DNA of 64,000 bases from Felis catus (Eukaryota). A model generated the notes under the pieces. It did not search any database. It was given only the letters and a program-made list of their open reading frames with translations, and was not told the origin of the DNA. The translations under genes and the position numbers were made by a program. Location: contig NC_058373.1 of assembly GCF_018350175.1 (NCBI RefSeq), positions 106,332,001-106,396,000 of the forward strand, written 5' to 3'. Below are positions 1 through 10,905 of the stretch, piece by piece. Every line of letters starts with the position of its first letter. The stretch's first letter is position 1.

Positions 1-82
1 TTCTGTTCCCAAAACGTATTAACTAGTCTAAATATGAAAGAGAAATGAGTAAAGAATATCATTTCAAACATAAGGAGAAAAG

Positions 83-158
83 TGGGAGAGAAGGAGGCAG
101 GGAAAGGGAGGGAGGGAGAGAAACAGAGGGAGAGAAAGAGGGAGAGAGAGGGAGAGAG
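83..158. repeat. GA-rich purine low-complexity tract
   Basis: gggagagaaggaggcagggaaagggagggagggagagaaacagagggagagaaagagggagagagagggagagaga. Confidence 0.8.
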
Positions 159-259
159 AAACCTTTTAAAAATGATTAAGAAAGGGGCCTGCTCATTAAG
201 GATGGACTAGGAATCTGCAATCATAATCCTAATGCTTTACTCATAGAGTATCAGGAATA

Positions 260-452
260 TTTTTTTTTAATTATTTTATTTTATGTTAGAGAAAGAGAGA
301 GCACATGCAAGTGTGAGAGAGGGGCAGAGGGAGACAAGAGAGAGACTCTTAAGCAGGCTTCGTGCTCAGTGTAGAGCCTGATGCGCGGCTCAGTCCCAAG
401 ACCTTGGGATCATGACCTGAGCCCAAATCGACCGACTGAGCCACCCAGCACC
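260..452 (-). mobile_element. CAN-SINE (SINEC)
   Basis: Poly-T tail, (GA)n tract, then ...gatcatgacctgagc...gactgagccacccagcacc, the reverse complement of the tRNA-derived head. Confidence 0.9.
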
Positions 453-1819
453 TGTGTTCTTTTAATGAACTAAATATTAATTCAGGGAAATCTGAGAAAA
501 ATAATAGATTTGGAGATGTGGATTTAGATCAGCATTTCTGTCAAGTTTTTCTCACTTGTGATGGGTCTTCCTCTAAAAACAAAGTTAGACACTGCACAGA
601 GTCCATGAGTACAGTCTAAAACCCAAACATGAAAGTAAAAAATTATCCTAATCTATTGATGTACCTCATAGACTTTTTCTTAATTTTAGGAAGGAATAGC
701 TCATACAGTAAAGAAACATGTATCTGAAGTTCAGCAATTCTCGGAGTTTCGTGTCAGTTTCTTCCATTAGATTACTTCAAGTATTTTTTGAGACGCATAT
801 AATCTTGTTTCATAAAAGCTGTTTTTGTTGCCAACCCAGTCCTCTAGCTTCACGTTACATGGTATGGAGATATTGGGCAATATTCAGCAAAATACTAACA
901 CTGATTAACTGTAGGTGGTAGGACTTTGGGTGATTTGCGGCTTTGATTTGAACCTTTCTTTGTACAAATGGAAATTTTCATAATGTGCATGTATCACTTT
1001 TAGAGAAAAATAAAGCCATCATTCTCTCCTCAAACTTTGGAATATTCCCTTATAAAGACTCTCTTGAAAATAATCATACACTGTGACAAAGTAGAGTTTT
1101 ATTTTGCAATGGAGTAGTAACTACCCATATTTGGTATATTATCTGTATAATGAGTTTTCTTTCATTAAAAAAAAAAATCCCCAGATCCCCAGCTAAGCCA
1201 GTTTCCCCCACTGGATCTCATTACAATCTGCAGAGAGGGAGTGTGCAAGTGTAATGCTTATGTTGTAATATTTGTACAGTATTCTAATGAGATTGAGCCC
1301 AAATAGAAGGTATTTGATAAAAGGTGGTAATGATCTGCCTTCATGTATGTATTATCTTTACCAAATGCCATTTTCAAAATACAAGCATTTCTTTCAGTTA
1401 CTGTAGCTAAAACAGATATTTTTTTTCTGTGTATTCTGGGATGCTTGGCTGTTTTGAACTAGCATCTTTCAGAATGGACCACCATGAATAGCATTTCCCC
1501 AGAACACTGCAGACCAGCATAAAATATTTTATTTTATAAAAAAACAGAAACACTTTTAGTGTTTCACCCTTCATTAATATTTTACATGCTGGGAAAGCTT
1601 TAATTACAGAATGCTGCCACACAGAGTCAAGTGGGAGTTGAGCAGGAGCCCCAAACAGGTGACAAGTATCAACCCCACTGTATTACCAAGCATCCTGCCA
1701 GATGAATTTGTTGAGTACAATGATATCTGGAAAAAATTATCTTTAGAGCACGAATGGAATAACATGGATGAAGGATTTTGCTCAAATTTTATTCCCCTGC
1801 CATAGTATCATTTGGATTT

Positions 1820-2010
1820 AGTTAGTATAGTAAAGTCATTAAAAGCACAGGTTTCAGAATCAGACTGCCTTGTGTTTGGGACCCAGTTAAGCCCAAGGGC
1901 AAGCCCAAGCCCTCTCTGCCTCAAAACCCTCAGTTTCTTCCTCTGTAAAATGGGAGTCATACATGTAACAAGCATTTAGGATAGTTACTGGGACATAGCT
2001 AATATTTACA
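1820..2010 (+). mobile_element. MIR SINE fragment
   Basis: agaatcagactgcct...cctcagtttcttcctctgtaaaatggg MIR core. Confidence 0.7.
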
Positions 2011-2479
2011 GAGAAATGTGGATGATGAGTTGATGATGATGGTGAGGATTACCATAATAGCATAAATTGGTCAAGATCACTGAAATTTTGCTGTCTGTAA
2101 AGGGAGAAACCATGTGAAAATATCTCAGCAGGAGTACATGAAAGTTTACCCTATAACTCAGCATGAGAAAAAGAGGTGGAGAGCTGTCATGGGAAGAGTT
2201 CTGGATTTGAAGCAGTCACCTTTTCACCACTCAATTCACCACTTATCAAAAAACCTTGGATAAATCACTTATCCTCTTTGAGCCTCATGATGTCCAAGAG
2301 TAAACTGAAAGTTCAAATGAGAAGATATGTGGCAAATGAAAACTATGTAAATGTGATGAGTTACTAGGCCCACAAAATCACCATCACCTACATAATTCAT
2401 ATTCTTAGAAAAACCACTGAGGAAAAAGCCATCTACCATTGAGGCAGATGGCAGAACAGTGAGAAGGGGGGGGGGGGGG

Positions 2480-2680
2480 GCAGGGATCTGTGGTCAGATA
2501 GCCTAGGCCCGAATCTAGTCTCTTCTGGCATTACCAGCCATGTGCCTTGGTGGAAGTCTTAGCTCATCACCTATAAGATGAGACAATAATGAAACTTACA
2601 CATCATAGGATTTGTGAGGATTAAGTGCAATGATCCAAGTAAAGCATTCAGTAAAAGTGCCCGATAAATATTAGTATTGT
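2480..2680 (+). mobile_element. MIR SINE fragment, preceded by a G15 run (2466-2480)
   Basis: tgtgccttgg...ctataagatgagacaataat...gtgaggattaagtg MIR core. Confidence 0.6.
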
Positions 2681-3310
2681 GGTGATCTGTAAGATTACTA
2701 TCTACAGAGGTGTTTTATTAGGCGATTGTTTTATTCTCCTTTTGCTTTCACTGAGTTGGGTGGGCTTTGTTTTATTAACCAATATAGGGGTAGTTGTATC
2801 ATGTTTTTTAATTGGAAGCAAACTCTTTGTAATGTCTACATTAATGTACTAATGTACTGTAATGTATATAGTCATGTATACATTTTATAATGTATTACAA
2901 AGTCTTTGTACTAGCATAATGTGAACTTTTTAGTCTCCTTAAATGTTCTTGTCTCTAGCTGAAATCATGCATATTAATAAAGTAAATATAAGGTTCCTTT
3001 TGCAGGTGGACTGCAGTTCTTATGACAACTGTATTAGTTTCAGTAGAGTCTTCATGAAATGTTCAATGGGCTGCAATTTCTCCACGGAATGTTTAAGAAT
3101 ATGTAAAAAACCTGAAGCTCACTTCCTTTATTTCTTTTTATAAGAAACACTTTCACCCATAATACTTGTGGAGGACCTTCTCAACAATGTTACACTGCCT
3201 CCTGCAACGGTAATTCACAGATGCTCCTGGATCACACCCATTTCATCATTTGTATACTCGACCCTGCTCTGCAGGTCTATGGACTGGGCTCACTAAGAAT
3301 CACTACGCAC

Positions 3311-3470
3311 CAGTGACTTCAACCCTGATTATGTATTAAACTCACTTGAGGATCTTTTAAAAAATACTGATACTCGACCCAATTGAATCAGAACCCCTAG
3401 GGGTGGGCATCCTTTGTGTTTTTAAAAGCTCCCCAGATGATACTAATGTGTAGCCAGGGTTAAGAACTGT
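3311..3470. mobile_element. MER5-type hAT-Charlie DNA transposon relic
   Basis: tgaatcagaacccctaggggtggg...aaagctccccagatgatactaatgtgtagccagggttaagaac. Confidence 0.7.
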
Positions 3471-5449
3471 TTTTGATAATGAGGGAACTAAGAAGATGCA
3501 TTGAAAATGCTAAACAAAAATCTTATTGTAGATTTAGTTTAAATGCAAAGTTCTCCTAGTGGAAAGAAAAAGGAATAATTCACTTCTTACTATTCCTCTT
3601 TCATGCCTATAAACCCACCCGCCCAGTTATCAGTCAATTTTCAAGATAATGGCTTTGTTCTATCTGACAAAAGGAAATCAATGGTACTGAAAACTACTAA
3701 AGGTCACTGAGTGTAAAAGACCTTCAACGATCTTGCATTAATCTTCACAAGTGGCCTTATATTGAAAATGAAAATGATTGTTTTCGATAGACAAATGATG
3801 ACATTTGCGTTATTTTCTGATTATCAGCAGCCATGTACCTTTTTAACCCCTGCAGTGAGAAGGTCAAGTGAGGAAAGCCCACAGGGCTGTAATGAAATAG
3901 TATCTTCTATCGTATACAAAGAAAAAAGAAAATCTGCCATGTTTTGGCATCTACTTTTGGTCAGAATAGAAGAAACCCATAATAGTCGAAAAGCCAACTT
4001 TTTTATGTCCTCGTGTTCAACTAAACTTGATATTATATCAATCTATAGTTGTTTAAGTGTGTATCAAAGAAACCAGATGAGTTTAACGCGTAAGAATGAA
4101 ATGTCACCAAGAATTTTCACAACTGCCTTCTGTATAAGACATGCTATTTCATGTCATTGTCATCATTCTCTAAAATTATGCCCCTGAACTGCTGGAGATT
4201 TCTTACTTCCTAGCTTTTAAATTTATTAGGCCCATTTATTTACTTTTGACAGTTGTTACTTCCAATAGACCTACATAATTTGAACTCGACAATTCTGTTT
4301 TATGTCACCGCCACCCGAACCAACAAATAAGAGACAGCAAAAGTGTTCTTAATTCTGAGATTCGTGTTTACTTTTTCTTTGCTTAAAAAATTTACTGAAA
4401 AAAATCCTACAGGGGCTCTAAAGATGAAAAGCCATCCTATTCCTTCTGTGATATAAAATGACAAGGGGAAGATGCCAGGCTTAAAAAAAAAAACAAAACA
4501 CACCAGCTTCTGCTCCAGAGTATTTTTGGTCCCCTGAGGGACGCTGCAACCCTTCAGGTTAAGTCAAAAGCGCCTTCTTCAGAACCTTATTTGCTAAATA
4601 TTAAAAGACACTTCATCTTACAAACACCAGAGTTTACAACACATAATTCATTCTTCCAAATTCTCTCTTTCTGCTCATAATCTCACACTGAGCAAGGTGA
4701 AGGAGAGCATCTTAATGTAACAAAGGAGATGGATGTGTGAAGTATGAGGCTGAATAAAAATGGCTGAAAAGCAATCCAAGCGAGGCTGGAGGGTGGCCAC
4801 ACCCAGTGCTAATATGGACTGTTTCAAAATAAATCTGTTATGCCAGAGGGTACTGGGCACTGCTTTTATTTCCCCTCTACTTGTTCCACAGATACCCATT
4901 ATTAATAAATAGTAGTTACAGGTTACTCCAATGACAGACAAAAAACCCTGAAATATTTCAAAGTGAACCATCCTAATATGTGGCTACGCCATCATATTTT
5001 CAGGATTTCGAGAGCCAGACTGCATTTCCAGGCTCCTTTGTGTGACCACAAATAACCACCCTGAAATGGGTGTGTCCCTCTTAAAAGGATGCACTAGAGC
5101 CCTCTCACTTAATGCTTCTACCAGGAGATTTCAACCTTTCTGCAGAAATTAAATGCAACGGGATTCATGGAACAATAAGAAAGCATTTCAACTCCGGGGA
5201 GGAGAACAGATTAAACAAGTACTGAATGATCAATGGATCCCGAAAGGGCTCCCCGAAGAGGCAACTGATGCATTATTTAAATTTCTAGCATTACAACAAG
5301 AAAACAAAGGGGTGGGGGCGGGGGGGGTTAAAAAAAAAGAAAAAGAATGCAAACACCATCCATTTTGATTTTTGACATGACAAGTTTACTCCCCCCAACA
5401 CAAAGCTCTTGGGTATAAAGCATGCATAGGTCCCACAGGTGAAATGATG

Positions 5450-5980
5450 CACAATGGCCGAGTCCGGGTCCCGGGGTTCCCGTGCACCGCAGGCATGCAC
5501 TACCGAAATAAAGAGAATACCCTGACTTTTCCAGTTGCTCCACACACAGTCCATCTTGGTGGAATCGGCAGTGGCCTGCATCGTGCGGGTTTTGGAGGCT
5601 CGCCGTTGCTCTCCTCGGGGGCGCGGAGCTGGCACTCAGGGTCTGCGCCCCGGCTGCAGCGGCAGGGCTCACCGTGGCCGCGCGGCTGCAGACTGACTGA
5701 GGCTGCACCAGCCGGCGCGCGGCGAGGGGCGGGCGCGTCGCGGGCGCCGCAGTCTCCGCGGCAGCGAATCAGCGCGGCGCGGCCCCGGGGCTGCCTGCGC
5801 GCACAGGGATGCGGGCGCCGCTCGATGCGAGAGCGCGGGCTCGGCGTCCGTCCTGGGGGCCTGCCCTGGAGACGGCTGAGGCGGCTCTGACCCGGGAGGC
5901 ACAAAAGCAGGCCAGGTGTGGGAGGTGTGGGAGGCGTGGGAGAAGAGGAGGGGAAAAGGGCCAAGGGCGGGGATCAGAGT
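5450..5980 (-). promoter_or_regulatory. RTN1: CpG island / alternative promoter and 5' UTR of RTN1-C
   Basis: Abrupt GC- and CpG-rich stretch in AT-rich DNA surrounding the exon. GC box ggggcggg near 5726-5733; Inr-like CTCAGTC on the minus strand near 5695-5701; no clear TATA box. Confidence 0.85.
5521..5581 (-). CDS. RTN1: Coding part of the alternative first exon of reticulon-1 isoform C (RTN1-C / NSP-C): 20 codons plus 1 nt, phase-1 donor
   Basis: Minus-strand ATG at 5581-5579 (context cgcacgATG, A at -3) translates MQATADSTKMDCVWSNWKSQ, which I recognise as the RTN1-C-specific N-terminus. It is followed by G|GTATTC (donor at 5520). An in-frame TGA lies upstream at 5638-5636. The next exon (reticulon homology domain, AIDLLYWRD...) is not in the window. 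Confidence 0.95.
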
Positions 5981-8774
5981 GCGGCACTCGGGCTGTTCCT
6001 GGGAGTTCCTGACACGGGGTGCATATTCTAGAAATGTCTTAGACACCCAAGAAACCTGTTGGGTAAGACGCAGTTGATGTCAGCACAGATGTCAGGCTTT
6101 CAGCATAATGCCCCCTAATTGTCCCCGTTGCTCATTCACCTCTCTCTTCCCCAATTCTTTACATTCCGGCCACGGTTTATTTTAATTGCCTGGCATCTTC
6201 CAAGCAGTCGCCAGATCTTTTCCTTTTTCTGGAATATTCCACGGCTATCCAAAACCTTTGTTGGCAAGCCACAATCAGTAAAGAAATCCTGCTGCTCAGT
6301 AGGTCTTGTGTATTTCTCCTGTTGCCCCTCTTCTCCAGCGCAGTTTGTGGTTTGAACGAATACATGTCAGTCAGAATGTGGTGCCTGTAGGCTCTGGTTC
6401 AAAGCCCTTGGACTTCCCCACATGGAATTATTTGTCACTGCACTGATATTCCAAGAGAGGTCAGTTGTGGGGGCCCCAGACAGAAGCCAGGGAAGAAAAG
6501 GGCATTCTGCCTCAACAACATCATCTTTGGGCTTGAGTGTTGGGGGGAGATGGAGGTGGGCAGTGTGTATCATTTGGGAGATACAAAGTTGGTTTCCAAT
6601 CCCAGTGAATCAAGATTCAAGTCCCCAGTCACAACGCAGATGCCAATGGGAGGTGTCCTACTATTTAAACCTTACCGTGAAATACTTCATCAGATTAAAC
6701 ACCAAGGCTTTGAGAGAATGGACAGGGGATAGGTACATTTTGATGAAGAAAAGAGAGATGGCATAGAGGAAGGCCTTGAATTTGGGCATTATCTGGGGAA
6801 AGACAGTCCTGGTGGAAGGAACCCTTGAGGAGACAAAACATAACATGGGGACAGAGGGCACCTTGGGAACCATAGGGGCATACAGAAGGAAGAGTTCCCA
6901 TTTTATTTGTTGTGGCATGGCATTATCCATGACACAGGATTCCTCTCTCTCCCTTGGGGACAAATGGAGCCTTCACGATTCTTCCACAGTTCCCAGAGAC
7001 GTTCCTTGCCAGACCCAAATCTCCATTTGCACATCCTGTACCAGCGAGGACTTAAAGACAGGAGTCTCAAGGTTATGCTGTAGATATGATTTATCTTTCA
7101 TTTTATGAAGATTATACACTTCAAAATGGGATCTTTGAGATGATGCGTATTCTTTTTAGGATGCGAGCTTCCAGAGAAACCGAGCCTCTTTCCGTATCTC
7201 TGTAACCTAACTGAAACTACTCATGAAGCTTAATAAGAATGAGATCGGGAGGATGATTTGGCACTCCTGGGCAGCTGAAGTCTCCTACAAGAGGAGGAGT
7301 GTCAGAGCTACCACGGAGCTTACAGGAAGGAAAAAAGTTATTACAAAGCACTTTTCAAATTGACCTGCTCCAGTGATAGTGGTGACTTTGTAATATTTCT
7401 TTTTCCATGCCCCCTCCCAATTTTTTTTTCAACATCACGGTCACGTTTGGGAATTCAGTCAGCAAAATACTGAAAAGACAGGTACTGCATGATGTGACCA
7501 GCAGTGAATGCTCACTGTATGAGGCAAGGCCGGACGAACTAAAAACAGGTGGGGGGACAAGACTCAGAGGAAGGAGAAGAAAGGGGTTGCCATTGTGGGC
7601 TGCTGCCACACTGGCCACTTTTCTGTTGGAACCCTTTGGAGCCTTGGCCACTAGGAGGCACTGCCAGTCCAATGATAGCCCCAGTCTTCAGCCCTAAGTC
7701 CAGATGGTGCCCCCCACCAGTTACCTTTAGTGGCGAGTATTAAGTGTCCACTGAGTTACCAGAGCCACTGTTCATTGGTAATCTGACAGTACGGTTCAGC
7801 AAGCTGAGGGCAGCAACATCCTGGTGGGGGAAAGCAGGCAGAGACAAGCTCTCCCTCAAGTGAAGGGGAGGGTGTCAGACTTCTTGGGCCATGGGTTTCC
7901 ATTGGCTACAGAGTTGACCTTGGAATGTCAGCTGAGCTGAAAGGCCACATTGTGTTTAGTCATGCTGAATGTGAAGACGGAAGCTTGATGACACCCAAAA
8001 AATCAAGATAGCAGTTTGACAGCTGAACAGTTGACAGTTGAGGTGAGGCATCTGATGCCACAGAGATACACACAAATGAAATAAGAATTGAGGGGCAGAG
8101 GTAGTAGGTGAAACAGGAATGAACTTATTAAAGAAAAGTCAGGCAGAAAAGTATGAAGAACTTGATTGAGAATTGGAGGATGTGGGCATTAGACCCACTT
8201 ATGTTGCAAAAGTTAGTTATGTGGCCTTCGGCAAGGTATCACCTTTATCACTTTCCGACCTTCCTCTCATACAGATGAATTACAGCTTTAGATCTTTGTT
8301 TTTGTGAAATAATAATTTATTTCTTGTAGACACTGTAAGTGGGTACTTCCTTTGCACAAGTACCCACACAGTATGAATTGAAAGCTCTTGCCAAGATCAA
8401 AATGATAAAATGGGTAGAAAAGATATGTAAATTTTCCTTGAGGGGTGAAAGAAAACAGAAAGCAAAATCAAGCTTGCTAAATGCGGGCAGGAACGGCCAC
8501 TGTCTTTAAACCAGGAGAGAACAGACGGGCTTTGTACACAGCCAGCTCAGAACTTGGTTTAGGTGCCTGCCAGGAGAGGAAGTGATTTCTTTAGTGTTCA
8601 GGATGAAATCATGCTGTAGGCATTCAGTTCTAAGGAAAAACAAAATAGTCAAGTTTTGAAATCGCATCCCAGATCAAGAGAAGTGTTGAAGACTACAATG
8701 CTCTGAATGGCTGCATGGTGTCTGTTTTTGTAGCCCTAGGATTTTACCGATGAGAATCAGTGGCACCTACGCTG

Positions 8775-9180
8775 ATACATTTATTCGATAAATATTATTC
8801 AGCACCTATTGTATTCCAGACACTGTTCTAGGCATAAAGCAAAATTGCTACTTTTTTTTTTTAAATTGCTACTTTTAAGAGGTTTATATGCTACTACGTG
8901 TGGGATGGGCAGCTAATAATAAAAGAGGTAAATATATATTTCACTTGTGGACAAGTGTACAGAGGGAAATAAAGCAGGTAAAGGGGATCGAGAATGGGAG
9001 TGGGGTAGAAGTTTTCTATTTTATGAGGAGAGTTAGCAAAGGCCTACCTCATAAGGTAAAATTAGAGCAGACACTAAATGAGAGAGAAGGAGAAAGCCAT
9101 TAAGCTATATGGGAGAGTAGCATTTATAAATGCACTGAGTTTTCAGGACAGAATGTAATAGCTGGTAAACTATATGAAGC
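8775..9180 (-). mobile_element. L2 LINE 3' fragment
   Basis: tattcagcacctattgtattccagacactgttctagg and further L2-like sequence. Confidence 0.65.
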
Positions 9181-9197
9181 TCATAGAACTCCTTGTA

Positions 9198-9199
<2 letters not shown>

Positions 9200-9235
<36 letters not shown>
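9200..9235. repeat. (TG)n microsatellite
   Basis: Perfect TG dinucleotide run. Confidence 0.95.
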
Positions 9236-9237
<2 letters not shown>

Positions 9238-9779
9238 AATGCTTTGAGAAGTATAGCAACTGGAAGGAAAGGCACAAAACCAAAAAAGTACTTCATTATG
9301 ATCAAAGAACACTAAGAACTCTGCTTTATGCCATATGGAATAAGGAAATTTAAAGTAACAACCAATTTGGTACATAACCCACGGTACCAAAATAATGCAT
9401 GAATTGCATTCAATTCAAACAGCAGATTAGCACTTGTTATTTGCCAGGTGCTTTCTCATGTGGTATATATTTAGTTGTTACAGGACCCCTAAGAGGTAGA
9501 TAGTGTTTACATTCATTTTCTTGATTCATTCATTCATCCAATCTCCAAACATTTACACAGTCCATACTAAGTGCCTGTCATTGTAAATACAAAGAGAGCT
9601 ACCCACTAGAAACTTGAGTTTAGTAGGGGGAGATTTACACATAAATAGGTAAATGCAATCAACTGATAGATGTATGAGCAGGAAAGAGTGGATACACAGT
9701 GACTGGGGGAAGAAGAGGTTTCAGGAAAAGCTTCAGAGAATAGATGATAATTAGGTTGAGTTATGAAAAAAAGAGGATC

Positions 9780-9805
9780 GTGCTCGCTTCGGCAGCACAT
9801 ATACT
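9780..9805 (+). pseudogene. 3'-truncated, tailless U6 snRNA retrocopy (U6 nt 1-26)
   Basis: gtgctcgcttcggcagcacatatact is the 5' end of U6; flanked by an exact 15-bp duplication gaaaaaaagaggatc (9765-9779 and 9806-9820). Confidence 0.92.
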
Positions 9806-9949
9806 GAAAAAAAGAGGATCACCAGTTTGAGCAGACAGATATGGAAACTTAATCATGGACAGGTGCAAGGGACAGTGAGACAGACTCAAGGAATAATACT
9901 GTCAGAAAATGAAGGAAACATTGCAGAGTTTCAAGGGGAGGAATAACAC

Positions 9950-10905
9950 CTTGAGAAGTTGAATAATTTATCAAAATTTGGCTTAAGATTTCCCAGAATT
10001 GATAAAAGCCACACATTATAGCACTGAGCAAGACAAGAAAAAATCGATACCCTGACCCACATCATAGTGAAACTGCAGGGCATCAAAGACAAGAGAAAAT
10101 CCTAAAAGCAGGCATAAGTAAAAGATACATTGCCTCAGAGAAACTGTTGGGCCAGCTGCAGTCTGTTAATTAACTGAAGCCAGAAGACAATGGAATAATG
10201 TCCTCAAAGGAGTGGGGGGAAAATAACTGTCATCTAGAATTTTGTACCCAGCAAGACTACTACAGGCATTTTCAACCTTGTAAGAAATGAATTTCCCAAC
10301 TGCAAGCCCTGCAGAAAAAGCTACCAACGTTCATACTTCTGGAAGAAGAAAACTGAACTTAGAAGAAGCGAAATGCATGAAAGAATGCTACGTGTAAAAA
10401 CTGGTAATGGCTAATTTGGGGGTTTATAAAAGAAAGGTGAAATTAAAGTAGTAGACAAAAAATAGAACATAAGGTAGGAAGGAGTGATGAAAGTGAAAGC
10501 ATCCTAACTTTCTAGTACTGTTCAGGAGGACAGTAGAGATCTTTAATTTTCTTTGAGACCTTAATTTTAGACTATGAAAAGTCAAATTTGTGTGTTAAAT
10601 ATTTAAGGGTCACCACTAGAAATAACTAAAACATATAACTACTAAATGAGTAAAAGGTATAAACAAAGTAATCAATATATTAAATCACATTGAGGTCAGG
10701 AAAGGAAACCATGAGAAACAAAGAAGAACTGGTAAATAGAAAGCATAAAATAAAGTATTAGAAGGCATCTAAATATATCCAAATAATGCCAGCTAAAAAG
10801 ATGGAAACTCTCAGATTAGATGAAAAAAATCTAGTTTAAGGATGTTTATAAAAAGAAAATCCTAAAACATACTGACACAGTAATGTAAAGAACTACATGA
10901 GGTTA
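9950..10905 (+). mobile_element. Old L1 fragment (ORF1 to start of ORF2 endonuclease region), degraded
   Basis: cacatcatagtgaaactgcag...aagagaaaatcctaaaagcagg...gaagccagaagacaatggaat, typical of L1M ORF1. Confidence 0.7.

Noticed and set aside
3762..4187. 141-aa + strand ORF
   Set aside because: Non-ATG start, no recognisable domain, antisense within RTN1-C intron 1
5291..6046. Several 110-154 aa ORFs on both strands over the CpG island
   Set aside because: Ala/Arg/Pro/Gly-rich by-products of GC-rich, stop-poor DNA. Only the 20-codon RTN1-C segment is recognisable, and the 5291-5635 ORF reads through the splice donor.
5900..9000. REST/NRSE silencer expected near a neuronal promoter
   Set aside because: By eye I found no match to TTCAGCACCnnGGACAG; the partial ttcagcacc at about 8798 lies in an L2 and lacks the second half-site
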